From Candidatus Zhuqueibacterota bacterium (GTDB lineage Bacteria; Zhuqueibacterota; Zhuqueibacteria; Oceanimicrobiales; Oceanimicrobiaceae): 64,000 nucleotides of DNA. How positions within the stretch are numbered: the stretch's first letter is position 1; each line of letters opens with the position of its first letter. Location: NCBI GenBank assembly GCA_029261995.1, contig JAJDAF010000030.1, positions 28,671 to 92,670 of the forward strand. The letters run 5' to 3'. This document shows, piece after piece, positions 55,560 to 64,000 of this stretch. The notes under the pieces were generated by a model that worked only from the letters and a program-made list of their open reading frames with translations, was not told where the DNA came from and did not search any database. Position numbers and translations under genes: made by a program.

Positions 55560-57053
55560 ATGCAAGACACCACCATCTACTGGCTCGGCCTCGCTGCCTA
55601 CTCGATATTTGTACTATGGATTGGCTGGCGCGGATACAAACGCCGGCACCTTGCTGACCAGCAAGTTAGCAACCAGGATAACCTGGATTTCTGGGCAGCG
55701 GGCCGGTCTCTCGGCGCCTGGTCAACCGGCCTCTCCATTTCCGCCAGTTTCATGTCCATTAGTTGGTCGTGTGTCTACGCTGTGCAGTTGGTATATTGGT
55801 ACGGAGTCAGCTCGTTGTGGCTGCTGGCCATCCCGTGGCTGCTGGTGATGGCGTGCTTTTATCTACTGACCCCCGCCTTTCGCCGGCTGGGGGCGTTCTC
55901 GCAACCGGAAATGTTGGCCCGCCGGTTTGGCCCGAAAGCGCGAGCCTATCTGGCGTTGCCTCTGGCATTTGTCTTCTTGGTGTGGGGAGGCGCCGAAATT
56001 TTCGCCGCGGCCCAAATCCTGGCGCCCATTTTGAAGGCGCCGTTTCACGCCATCCTGTTGGCGATCACTTTGGTTGTGGCGGGCTATTCCTTCCTGGGCG
56101 GCTTTGCCGCGGTTGTATCCACGGACAAACTGCAATTTGCGCTGGTGGCCTTTTTCGTCGGCTGCATCGCGTGGGTTGCGGGAAATGCAGCTTTCGCCCA
56201 ACAGGGCCTGAGTGGATTCTTGGCCGCGCTTCCAGCATCACCCAAAACCGGTGTCAGCGCTTTTCGGCTTTTCGCGGCCGGGCCTGCGCTGGTGGTGATG
56301 ACCCTGCTTACCTATCTGCCTGGCTGGATTGTCGAAACAGACGTTTGGCTGCGTCTGCAAGCTGCGAGTTCAGTGCGGAAAGCCCGGCAAGGCGTGATTA
56401 TCGCCAGCGTCAACTCGGTGATCTTCCTGGCGATTTTGCCACTCGTCATTGGCCTGACAGCGCTCTATCTCTATCCTCCGGTGGCTGGCGAGATTCCCGC
56501 GGCCCTGAATGACGGCGCCGCAATTTTTGCCAATCTGATCCGGGATTTTACGCCCCCGCTGCTCAGCGTTCTGCTCTTGGTCGGCCTGGCTGCTGCATCA
56601 ATGTCCACCATCGATACCTGCAGCAACGTGATGGCGCTTTCCTTGTCCTACGACTGGTTGGAACCGCATCTTGCCCGGAAAAACGAAAAGGTCGATCTGG
56701 AGAAGACGGCGCGCTTTGTGTCGCTGGGCGCGGTACTCATGGCCTATCTGTACGCGACCTTCACCGAGTCGCTGTGGGATATTTTTTATCTGTCCTCGGG
56801 CATTTTGACAACCACGGTCTTCCTCCCTATCGTGGCGGTTTTCAAATCGAGCATCACCGAGCGACAGACAAAGCGCTCGGTTGTCGTTGGATTCACGGCC
56901 ACGATCTCTTTTTACTTCCTGGAATCAAGGGGATTCTTGGAGTTTTTGGAGCCGGAGTGGCTGGCGGAGACAGGCTTGGGGTACATCGGCTGGGCTTTCG
57001 CCATGAGTTTGATCGCATTCTTGCTGCCGGACAGACAGAGAGTGAGCGAATGA
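55560..57053 (+). CDS. Sodium:solute symporter family protein
   Basis: About 13 TM; AGRSLG, SISAS, YSFLGGFAAVVSTD.LQ, AASMSTIDT. Confidence 0.88.
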   Translation: MQDTTIYWLGLAAYSIFVLWIGWRGYKRRHLADQQVSNQDNLDFWAAGRSLGAWSTGLSISASFMSISWSCVYAVQLVYWYGVSSLWLLAIPWLLVMACFYLLTPAFRRLGAFSQPEMLARRFGPKARAYLALPLAFVFLVWGGAEIFAAAQILAPILKAPFHAILLAITLVVAGYSFLGGFAAVVSTDKLQFALVAFFVGCIAWVAGNAAFAQQGLSGFLAALPASPKTGVSAFRLFAAGPALVVMTLLTYLPGWIVETDVWLRLQAASSVRKARQGVIIASVNSVIFLAILPLVIGLTALYLYPPVAGEIPAALNDGAAIFANLIRDFTPPLLSVLLLVGLAAASMSTIDTCSNVMALSLSYDWLEPHLARKNEKVDLEKTARFVSLGAVLMAYLYATFTESLWDIFYLSSGILTTTVFLPIVAVFKSSITERQTKRSVVVGFTATISFYFLESRGFLEFLEPEWLAETGLGYIGWAFAMSLIAFLLPDRQRVSE

Positions 57054-57109
57054 ATCATGCGAAGTCAGCAGAACATATCGCACCTAGCGTGATGATTTCC
57101 AAATAAGCG

Positions 57110-57176
57110 AACTCTGACAGGGTTTGATGTTGACCGTTTCAGGCATAAACAAAAGGGTCGAAACCCTGTCAGAGTT
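57110..57176. repeat. REP-like inverted repeat between convergent genes
   Basis: AACTCTGACAGGGTTT (57110-57125) and AAACCCTGTCAGAGTT (57161-57176): perfect 16-bp arms. Confidence 0.75.
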
Positions 57177-57203
57177 TTGTTCGGAAAATTAGAAATCGTG
57201 ACA

Positions 57204-58319
57204 CTAGACCATCGGAATCTCAAGCCCCAGCGCGCGCTGAACGAACCACGCCAGGCCGAAGAACAAGATGACCGACGACAGTGCGAACACGATTCTGCGC
57301 TGATTTGGTGAGCGCGCCAGCCACATGATCGCAGGATAGCAAGCAGCCACGATCGCAACCTGACCCAACTCAACACCGACGTTGAAGGAAAACAGAGAAG
57401 CCACCAGACCCTCTCCCGGCAAACCAAGTTCGGCGAGCACGTTGGCGAAACCGAACCCATGCATCAAACCAAAAATGAATGCGATTATCCAGCGCTGCTC
57501 GTTGCCCTTCACAAAAAAATTCTCGACCGCGATGTAGACGATGCTCAAGGCGATGACGGACTCAACCAGACGGCCGGGGAGAATTACAAGCTGCAAGGCA
57601 GCCAAAACAAGCGTCAGGCTGTGCGCTACGGTAAATGCGGTGACCATCTTGACCAGACTGCTCATCCGGCCACCGATCAGAATCAGGCCAAGCACAAACA
57701 GAATATGGTCGTAGCCGATGAGAATGTGCTCAATTCCGAGCCAGACAAACTGCCGACATTGGGCAAACAGCGAGATGTCCGCGCCATCAAATGAGAATGT
57801 CTGCTCCGGATAATCTCTGGTGAGAATGGCCTGCAATGTCTCCGACCCGCGGGTAACCTTGACCAGGTTCTTGTGCCGCCGGCTCAACTCTGAAAAAATA
57901 TCAATGCGCAAGTGCATTTTCCAGCCGAGGCGGGGCACGGACTGTCTGAATGTGAGTTGCGCGAATGTATTGCCAAGGCCATCTTCAGTCGGTTCAGCCC
58001 CGGAGGCGACCAACTCTATCCTCTCTCCCCAGTTCCTGACGATGATCTTCGGCAAGAAGTGGCTCTGAACCTGCGGCAACAATAGACTCAATTCGTCAGC
58101 GGAAACGACACCGTTGTCATCGGCGTCAAGCTCAAAAAGTTGTTCCAGATCCGTGATGTCCAAAACCAGCTTGCAGACGATTTCATTGCTGTCAGTCCGC
58201 AGCTCGACTTCAGTGTAGCTCGTATTCATTTCATGCGCAGCTACCGCGGCCACTCGTAGCCCGGCGAGACTGCAACTCAGACTCAGCACCAGAGCTGCCC
58301 GGCGAGTCATGTTTCTCAT
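57204..58319 (-). CDS. HupE/UreJ family membrane protein with periplasmic N-terminal domain
   Basis: AHE after the signal; LGIEHILIGYDHILF, TAFTVAHSLTL, VESVIALSI, FGLMHGFGFA, FNVGVELGQ. Confidence 0.9.
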   Translation of the reverse strand: MRNMTRRAALVLSLSCSLAGLRVAAVAAHEMNTSYTEVELRTDSNEIVCKLVLDITDLEQLFELDADDNGVVSADELSLLLPQVQSHFLPKIIVRNWGERIELVASGAEPTEDGLGNTFAQLTFRQSVPRLGWKMHLRIDIFSELSRRHKNLVKVTRGSETLQAILTRDYPEQTFSFDGADISLFAQCRQFVWLGIEHILIGYDHILFVLGLILIGGRMSSLVKMVTAFTVAHSLTLVLAALQLVILPGRLVESVIALSIVYIAVENFFVKGNEQRWIIAFIFGLMHGFGFANVLAELGLPGEGLVASLFSFNVGVELGQVAIVAACYPAIMWLARSPNQRRIVFALSSVILFFGLAWFVQRALGLEIPMV

Positions 58320-59104
58320 TGTTGTTCCGTATTCAGTCTGAAGGCGTTGTTGAGGATGCTCTGGACTGAATCCTTGTCGAGGTCCTGAATGAGATGACCA
58401 TCCTTGGCAATCGAGATTTTGCCGGTCTCCTCAGAGATAACCACAATGACGGCGTCAGACTCTTCAGCCAACCCGATAGCAGCGCGATGCCGGGTGCCGA
58501 GACTCGCATCAATATTCGTCGTCTGGCTGAGTGGCAAGATGCATCTCGCTGCCTCAATGACATCATTCTGAATAACGATGGCGCCGTCGTGCAGCGGCGA
58601 CTTTGGACTGAAGATCGAACAGATTAGCGATGATGAGACCTCGGCCTGAATCTGAACTCCCGTTTCCGTGATCGACTTGATCCCGGTATCTCGCGTCACG
58701 ACAATCAGCCCACCATGCCTGCGGTTGGAAAGCTCCACTGCGGCACGAAGCACTTCTTCGAAGGTCTTGCTGCTGGAGACTTTGACGAAATATCTGATCA
58801 CCCGGCTCTGGCCCACAAAAATTAACATGCGTCGCAGCTCTGGCTGAAAAACAATCACAAATGCGATGAGCCAGACGGTTTTCAGGTTGTCGAAAATCCA
58901 GGTCATGGCACTCATGTTGAACAAACGCGTGAGCAGCGACACGATCAAGATGAGCACAAGACCAACAAACATCTGTGCCGCGCGCGAACCGCGAATAAAG
59001 TAGTAAAGCTTGTAGAGGATGACGGACACGACTAAGACATCAAGAATATCGAACAAGGTGACCTTGATGAATCCAATCTGAAACAGAACGAATTGCTCAC
59101 TCAT
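58316..59104 (-). CDS. cdaA: Diadenylate cyclase CdaA/DacA
   Basis: 3 TM, IVFQPELRR, PLHDGA, LGTRHRAAIG, VISEETG. Confidence 0.94.
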   Translation of the reverse strand: MSEQFVLFQIGFIKVTLFDILDVLVVSVILYKLYYFIRGSRAAQMFVGLVLILIVSLLTRLFNMSAMTWIFDNLKTVWLIAFVIVFQPELRRMLIFVGQSRVIRYFVKVSSSKTFEEVLRAAVELSNRRHGGLIVVTRDTGIKSITETGVQIQAEVSSSLICSIFSPKSPLHDGAIVIQNDVIEAARCILPLSQTTNIDASLGTRHRAAIGLAEESDAVIVVISEETGKISIAKDGHLIQDLDKDSVQSILNNAFRLNTEQQ

Positions 59105-59113
59105 TGGCTTGGT

Positions 59114-59956
59114 TTAGTTAACGGTCACGTGAACAAGATGGTCGATAATCGCGGCAGCCTGCTTGGCTTCCTGGACATCATGCACCCTGAGGATGTGGGC
59201 GCCGCGCAAAATGGCCACAGTGTTGATTGCCACGGTCGCGGCCAGACATTCCTGCGGCTGGCCGCCAACTATCTTGCTCAGAAACGATTTCCGCGACGCG
59301 CCAAACAAGATGGGGCAACCCAGGTCAACAAAGCTGTCGAGATTCGCGGTGATTTGATAGTTGTCGTCTACCCGCTTTCCAAATCCGATACCGGGGTCCA
59401 GCACAACGTTCTCTTTGTGGATGCCGCTTTCATGAGCAAATTGCAGCCGGCTTCTGAAAAACGCCAAAAGCTCGACCACGACATCATCATATTGGGGATT
59501 GACCTGCATGCTCTTAGGCTCGCCCTTCATGTGCATAAGAATCACGGGGACGCTCAATTGTGCCGCCAGCGTCGCCATATCAGGATCGAATTGTAGCGCG
59601 CTGATATCGTTGATGATCGCCGCGCCCTCGCCAAGGGCCTGTCGTGCCACCACGGCCTTGCAGGTATCCACAGACAGCGGAACGGTGGTTTCCTTAGCCA
59701 ATTGACGAATGACCGGCAGGATGCGTGACATCTCCTCATCAGCCGCAACCGGCTCTGAGCCCGGACGTGACGATTCGCCTCCTATGTCCAGAAAATCAGC
59801 TCCGGCTTCAACCATGTTCAGAGCAGCATCCACCGCCTCGCGGACGGTGGCTCGGCGGCTTCCCGCAAAGAATGAGTCGGGCGTGCAATTGACGATGCCC
59901 ATAACGTGAGTCCGGGCACACAAGTCGGATGTCACGCTACCACAAACAAGCTTCAC
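59114..59956 (-). CDS. folP: Dihydropteroate synthase
   Basis: VMGIVNCTPDSF, DIGGESSRPG, SVDT, INDIS, LDPGIGFGK, SRKSF, RVHDV. GTG start at 59956 after GAAGGGG. Confidence 0.95.
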   Translation of the reverse strand: MKLVCGSVTSDLCARTHVMGIVNCTPDSFFAGSRRATVREAVDAALNMVEAGADFLDIGGESSRPGSEPVAADEEMSRILPVIRQLAKETTVPLSVDTCKAVVARQALGEGAAIINDISALQFDPDMATLAAQLSVPVILMHMKGEPKSMQVNPQYDDVVVELLAFFRSRLQFAHESGIHKENVVLDPGIGFGKRVDDNYQITANLDSFVDLGCPILFGASRKSFLSKIVGGQPQECLAATVAINTVAILRGAHILRVHDVQEAKQAAAIIDHLVHVTVN

Positions 59957-59972
59957 ACAAGGTCCCCTTCCA

Positions 59973-60020
59973 GAAAAAAAGAGAGCTGAGGCGGCAGGTA
60001 TGTGCTGCCATCTCAGCTCT
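59973..60020 (-). terminator. Intrinsic terminator after ftsH
   Basis: Minus strand AGAGCTGAGATGGCAG-loop-CTGCCGCCTCAGCTCT followed by a T-run. Confidence 0.7.
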
Positions 60021-60081
60021 TCGTTTAGCAAGGTATCTTCAGGAAACGCTCCGGCATGCCACTCACCGGACAATTTGAGAC

Positions 60082-62070
60082 TTAGTTCAAATCGTCGACG
60101 ATTTCCTTCTTCTCCTTCTTGGCAGCACCGCCATTACCGGAATAGCGTTTGTGCTCGATCGGCCCCAACTCCTCACCCTTAAAGATCTTATCGACCTCGG
60201 CGCCATCGAGAATCTCACGCTCGAGCAGCGCCATTGCCAGCGCTTCCAGCTTGTCCACATGTTTTTTCACCAGGTCGATGGCTTTCTTCTCGGCGCTGGT
60301 GACAATCATGGTAATCTCCTCGTCGATGATCTCAGCGGTCTTGTTGCTGAAGTCAGTATGCTTCGCGATTTCACGGCCCAGGAAGATCTCCTCATCCTTC
60401 TTGCCAAAAGTCAGTGGGCCGAGCCGCTCGCTCATGCCCCACTCGCACACCATTTTTCTCGCCAGACCGGTTGCCCGCTCGATGTCGTTACCGGCGCCGG
60501 TCGTGAGTTCATTCATCACCACTTCTTCGGCGGCACGACCGCCGAGAAGATGCACTAGCATACCTTCGCAGTAGGTCTTCGAGTAGTTGTGCTTTTCATC
60601 GATTGGCAAAGTAGTGGTCACACCCAGGGCCCGTCCACGCGGGATGATCGTAACTTTGTGCACCGGATCCGTTCCGGGGGTCAACTTGGCAACCAGCACG
60701 TGGCCAGCCTCGTGATAGGCCGTCAACTTCTTCTCGTCTTCGGTGATCAGCATGCTCTTGCGCTCCGCACCCATCATCACTTTGTCCTTTGCGTACTCGA
60801 AATCATCCATCTCGACGATCTTCTTGTTGAAACGCGCCGCAAGTAGCGCCGCCTCGTTGACAAGATTGGCAAGGTCGGCTCCTGAAAAGCCTGGAGTCCC
60901 TTTGGCAATTACGGAGAGAGTGACATCCTGGGCGATTGGAATTTTCTTGGTATGCACTTTCAGGATACCCTCTCGTCCCCGAACATCCGGCCGGTCAACG
61001 ACGATTTGGCGGTCGAAACGACCCGGCCGGAGCAATGCATGGTCCAGCACGTCCGGACGGTTGGTGGCGGCGATGAGAATCACGCCTTCGTTGGCATCGA
61101 AGCCATCCATTTCGACGAGAAGCTGATTCAGAGTCTGCTCACGTTCGTCGTGGCCACCGCCCAGTCCGGCGCCGCGATGGCGCCCGACCGCATCCACTTC
61201 ATCGATGAAAATGATGCATGGCGCGTTCTTCTTGCCCTGTTCGAACAAATCGCGGACACGTGAAGCGCCGACGCCGACAAACATCTCAACAAAATCCGCA
61301 CCGGACATGCTGAAGAAAGGTACGCCGGCCTCTCCCGCTACCGCCTTCGCGAGAAGTGTCTTTCCCGTTCCGGGAGGACCCAGCAGCAGAGCGCCTTTGG
61401 GTATCTTGCCGCCCAGTTTTTGAAATTTGTCCGGATCCTTCAGAAAATCAATAATCTCTCGCAATTCTTGCTTGGCCTCGTCCGCGCCGGCAACATCATC
61501 AAAAGTAACTTTGGTTTGATTTTCTGTCAAGAGCTTGGCTTTTGATTTGCCGAAGGAAAAAATGCCCTTTGCACCGCCACCCTGCATTCTGCGCAGGATG
61601 AAGATCCAGAAAACGCCGAACAGGATCCACGGAAGCAAATTGAAGACATAATTCCACCAATCCTGCGTCATCTCTTTGAAATCGAGGGCAACATTGTATT
61701 CCTTTGTCCACTGCAAAGCAACTTCCGCCTTTGGAGCTTCCGGCAGCGTCACTTTGAACTTAACATAGGAGACCGGCTTGCCAGCGATGACGTTTGAAGA
61801 CTCCTCCCGCAACTCGCCAAGGAATTCCTTGTCCTCTATTATCGCTTTCTTGATTTCCTTCTTTTCGAGATGGTCGATGAACATCGAGTAGGAAATTACA
61901 ATCGCCCCGCGTTCTTCGAAACTGAACTTTTGGGAGATGAAAATCGAAACGATGATGATGATCAACCAGAATGTCAGCGTCCGGGTTGCTTTTCGCCATT
62001 GAAAATTCTCGTCCTTCTTCGGCGAGTTCTGCTGATTTGGGCGCTTCCTTGTTCTCTTGTCGTTACTCAT
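60082..62070 (-). CDS. ftsH: ATP-dependent zinc metalloprotease FtsH
   Basis: 2 [42 protein letters not shown]. Confidence 0.98.
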   Translation of the reverse strand: MSNDKRTRKRPNQQNSPKKDENFQWRKATRTLTFWLIIIIVSIFISQKFSFEERGAIVISYSMFIDHLEKKEIKKAIIEDKEFLGELREESSNVIAGKPVSYVKFKVTLPEAPKAEVALQWTKEYNVALDFKEMTQDWWNYVFNLLPWILFGVFWIFILRRMQGGGAKGIFSFGKSKAKLLTENQTKVTFDDVAGADEAKQELREIIDFLKDPDKFQKLGGKIPKGALLLGPPGTGKTLLAKAVAGEAGVPFFSMSGADFVEMFVGVGASRVRDLFEQGKKNAPCIIFIDEVDAVGRHRGAGLGGGHDEREQTLNQLLVEMDGFDANEGVILIAATNRPDVLDHALLRPGRFDRQIVVDRPDVRGREGILKVHTKKIPIAQDVTLSVIAKGTPGFSGADLANLVNEAALLAARFNKKIVEMDDFEYAKDKVMMGAERKSMLITEDEKKLTAYHEAGHVLVAKLTPGTDPVHKVTIIPRGRALGVTTTLPIDEKHNYSKTYCEGMLVHLLGGRAAEEVVMNELTTGAGNDIERATGLARKMVCEWGMSERLGPLTFGKKDEEIFLGREIAKHTDFSNKTAEIIDEEITMIVTSAEKKAIDLVKKHVDKLEALAMALLEREILDGAEVDKIFKGEELGPIEHKRYSGNGGAAKKEKKEIVDDLN

Positions 62071-62101
62071 CTACTGTCTGGTTTCCCTGGTTAATGAAAA
62101 A

Positions 62102-62662
62102 CTATAAAACTTGCTCATCCATCAAATACACGGCTGGCAAGTTTCGAAATCTCTGTGCGTAATCGAGACCGTATCCGACGACAAAGTGATTCGGTATACT
62201 AAATCCGATGTAGTCAATCTTGAAATCAGTCTGCGCAGCGCCTTCCTTTAACAAGAGTGATACAAATCCCAGCGATTTTGGTTTCACTCTCTCCATGCGC
62301 TTACGCAGATAATTCACAGACAAGCCCGAATCCACAATATCTTCCACCACGAGGACATGGCGATCCTGCAGATGGGCATCGATGTCCTTTTTGAGCTTGA
62401 CGACGCCGGATGTTTCCATGGCTTCGCCATAACTCGATATCTTGATAAAATCGATCTCGCAATCGATGGTAATTGCGCGAAACAAATCTGCGCAAAAAAT
62501 GAAACTGCCATTCAACACCCCAATCAGGATAGGGCACATCCCGGCATAATCTTCAGATATTTTTGCTCCTAATTCCTGGACTTTCTGTTTAATTTCTTGC
62601 TCTGACAGTAACACTCTGGCGTTGTCGTTCTTGATGAATACGTGTGTCTGCTCGCTAGTCAT
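62102..62662 (-). CDS. hpt: Hypoxanthine phosphoribosyltransferase
   Basis: GVLNGSF, ISSYG, VLVVEDIVDSG, FVVGYGLDY...RNLP. Confidence 0.96.
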   Translation of the reverse strand: MTSEQTHVFIKNDNARVLLSEQEIKQKVQELGAKISEDYAGMCPILIGVLNGSFIFCADLFRAITIDCEIDFIKISSYGEAMETSGVVKLKKDIDAHLQDRHVLVVEDIVDSGLSVNYLRKRMERVKPKSLGFVSLLLKEGAAQTDFKIDYIGFSIPNHFVVGYGLDYAQRFRNLPAVYLMDEQVL

Positions 62663-64000
62663 CGATAGTGTTTTCCATCTCCAGTTTCAGTACGGCGCGC
62701 GTCGCTTCGGTGACTTTGAATCGTTCGTCTATTCGGTGGCCGCAAACCCAAACAACATCACCATCAGTTTCGAGTAGAATTGTGCCCTGCTTTTGCCTGA
62801 TCGGAATCTTGCGATCGGAAAGCAAATCCGCGACCTTCTTCTGGCCACCAAGACCAAGCGGAAAAAACCGGGCTCCCGCGTAAAGCGTCCGAAAACAAAT
62901 TCTACTCCCTACTTTTTCGAAATCGAGTAGTTCCGAATTGCGGCTGTGTGTGAAGGCAAATTCGTCGTCTTTGCGGTGAATCGTCCACCGAAAATCACGA
63001 CCATGGTAGCGCACGGATGCTAGTCGCAGCAGGTCTACTTCCTTTTTTTGAGGCACGTCCTTTTCCAAATTCCCAAGGACAATGCCATCGTGGTCGATAA
63101 GCAGGGCAACCGGCCCGAAAACTTCAACCTTCCTGCCAACCTCCCCCTTCTGGATGATGTCCAGCATCTTGCGGATTTTAGGGAAATTCAGTGAGGTGCG
63201 TTGTATGCCTAAATTCTTACAACAATGAAACAACAGGTACGTCTGAATTAAATTATTATAACCCAAAAAACGTTTAATTTCAAGGATTATTTCATTTTTT
63301 TTTTGTAATGAAACCAAGGACTTAAATGCCTCTTTGACTTCAACATCAAGTTGTGATTCCATCTGCTGAAAGATTGCCGCGCTTCGATTAAGCGTACCCA
63401 TAATTCCAGGGTTGAAGTGCTCTTGAATCAGCGGAATGAGCTGGTGGCGGATGCGATTTCTCCGGATAGACAGGTCGCGATTGCTGGCGTCCTCCCGATG
63501 CTCAAGCCTGCTCTCAGAGGCGTAGGACACGAGTTCTGCACGTGTGAAGGGCAGCAGCGGACGAATGAATGGCCCGCGCCGGGATAAAATCCCGCTCAGG
63601 CCGGCCGCGCCTGAGCCTCGCAGAAAATGGTCGAGAACCGTCTCTGCCTGATCGTTGGCGTTGTGAGCAGTTGCCAGGCATGAAAATCCTGAGTCCGTCA
63701 GTGCCGCCTGGAAGTAGTCATATCTCAAATTGCGGGCAGCTTCTTCCAGAGAGAGCTTCATCGAACGGCTATGTGCCACGGCATCGACACGCGTACAGAA
63801 AAAAGGCAGATGGTGGTGCTCGGCTAGCTTTTTCACGAACAATTGGTCGGCGTCGGCTTCATCTCCTCGAATGCCGTGGTTGACATGAACCACGCCCAGC
63901 GTCAAGCCCAGGTCGTCACGCAGATGCATGAACAAACTCAGGAGCACCACCGAATCCAGACCACCGGAAACGGCAAGCAGCAGGCGTCCATCTGCGGGCA
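62655..64000 (-). CDS. tilS: tRNA(Ile)-lysidine synthetase; 5' end beyond the window
   Basis: LLAVSGGLDS at the window edge, HVNHGIR, AARNLRY, TAHNANDQAET, RPLL, EDASN, RNRIR; upstream of hpt-ftsH. Confidence 0.95.
   Translation of the reverse strand, partial: PADGRLLLAVSGGLDSVVLLSLFMHLRDDLGLTLGVVHVNHGIRGDEADADQLFVKKLAEHHHLPFFCTRVDAVAHSRSMKLSLEEAARNLRYDYFQAALTDSGFSCLATAHNANDQAETVLDHFLRGSGAAGLSGILSRRGPFIRPLLPFTRAELVSYASESRLEHREDASNRDLSIRRNRIRHQLIPLIQEHFNPGIMGTLNRSAAIFQQMESQLDVEVKEAFKSLVSLQKKNEIILEIKRFLGYNNLIQTYLLFHCCKNLGIQRTSLNFPKIRKMLDIIQKGEVGRKVEVFGPVALLIDHDGIVLGNLEKDVPQKKEVDLLRLASVRYHGRDFRWTIHRKDDEFAFTHSRNSELLDFEKVGSRICFRTLYAGARFFPLGLGGQKKVADLLSDRKIPIRQKQGTILLETDGDVVWVCGHRIDERFKVTEATRAVLKLEMENTIDD

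Overview
Gene-dense bacterial chromosomal window with about 45 CDS. I found no rRNA, tRNA, CRISPR array, integrase or transposase. The TonB receptor, PorV/UPF0164-like barrel, FlgD-type Ig tail and DUF2723 point to a diderm of the FCB group, possibly KSB1/Calditrichota-like (inference only). Housekeeping blocks are a radical SAM gene, nfo, trxB, ackA, a beta-oxidation fadE-fadA-fadN-like trio, an isocitrate/isopropylmalate dehydrogenase, an LKR-like plus saccharopine dehydrogenase pair, pduO, and tilS-hpt-ftsH-folP-cdaA. The most notable items are: (1) a TonB receptor followed by a coupled RND/MMPL, PhnD-like and TatT-like TPR lipoprotein trio that mirrors the bacterial sterol transporter BstABC, with no sterol or hopanoid synthesis genes in the window; (2) an ECF sigma/anti-sigma operon between a full DUF2723 (TMEM260-like) membrane glycosyltransferase and a secreted stand-alone copy of its soluble domain; (3) a 1587-aa acyl-CoA synthetase, kinase-like and GNAT fusion; (4) a 1990-aa RsbW-HAMP-PP2C protein with a huge acidic linker and duplicated TPR modules; (5) a 1.16-kb integrase-free higBA cassette bounded by a duplicated nfo 3' end; (6) a sigma-54 promoter heading an envelope operon beside an NtrC-family two-component system. 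All family calls come from motif recognition by eye; no database search was run.
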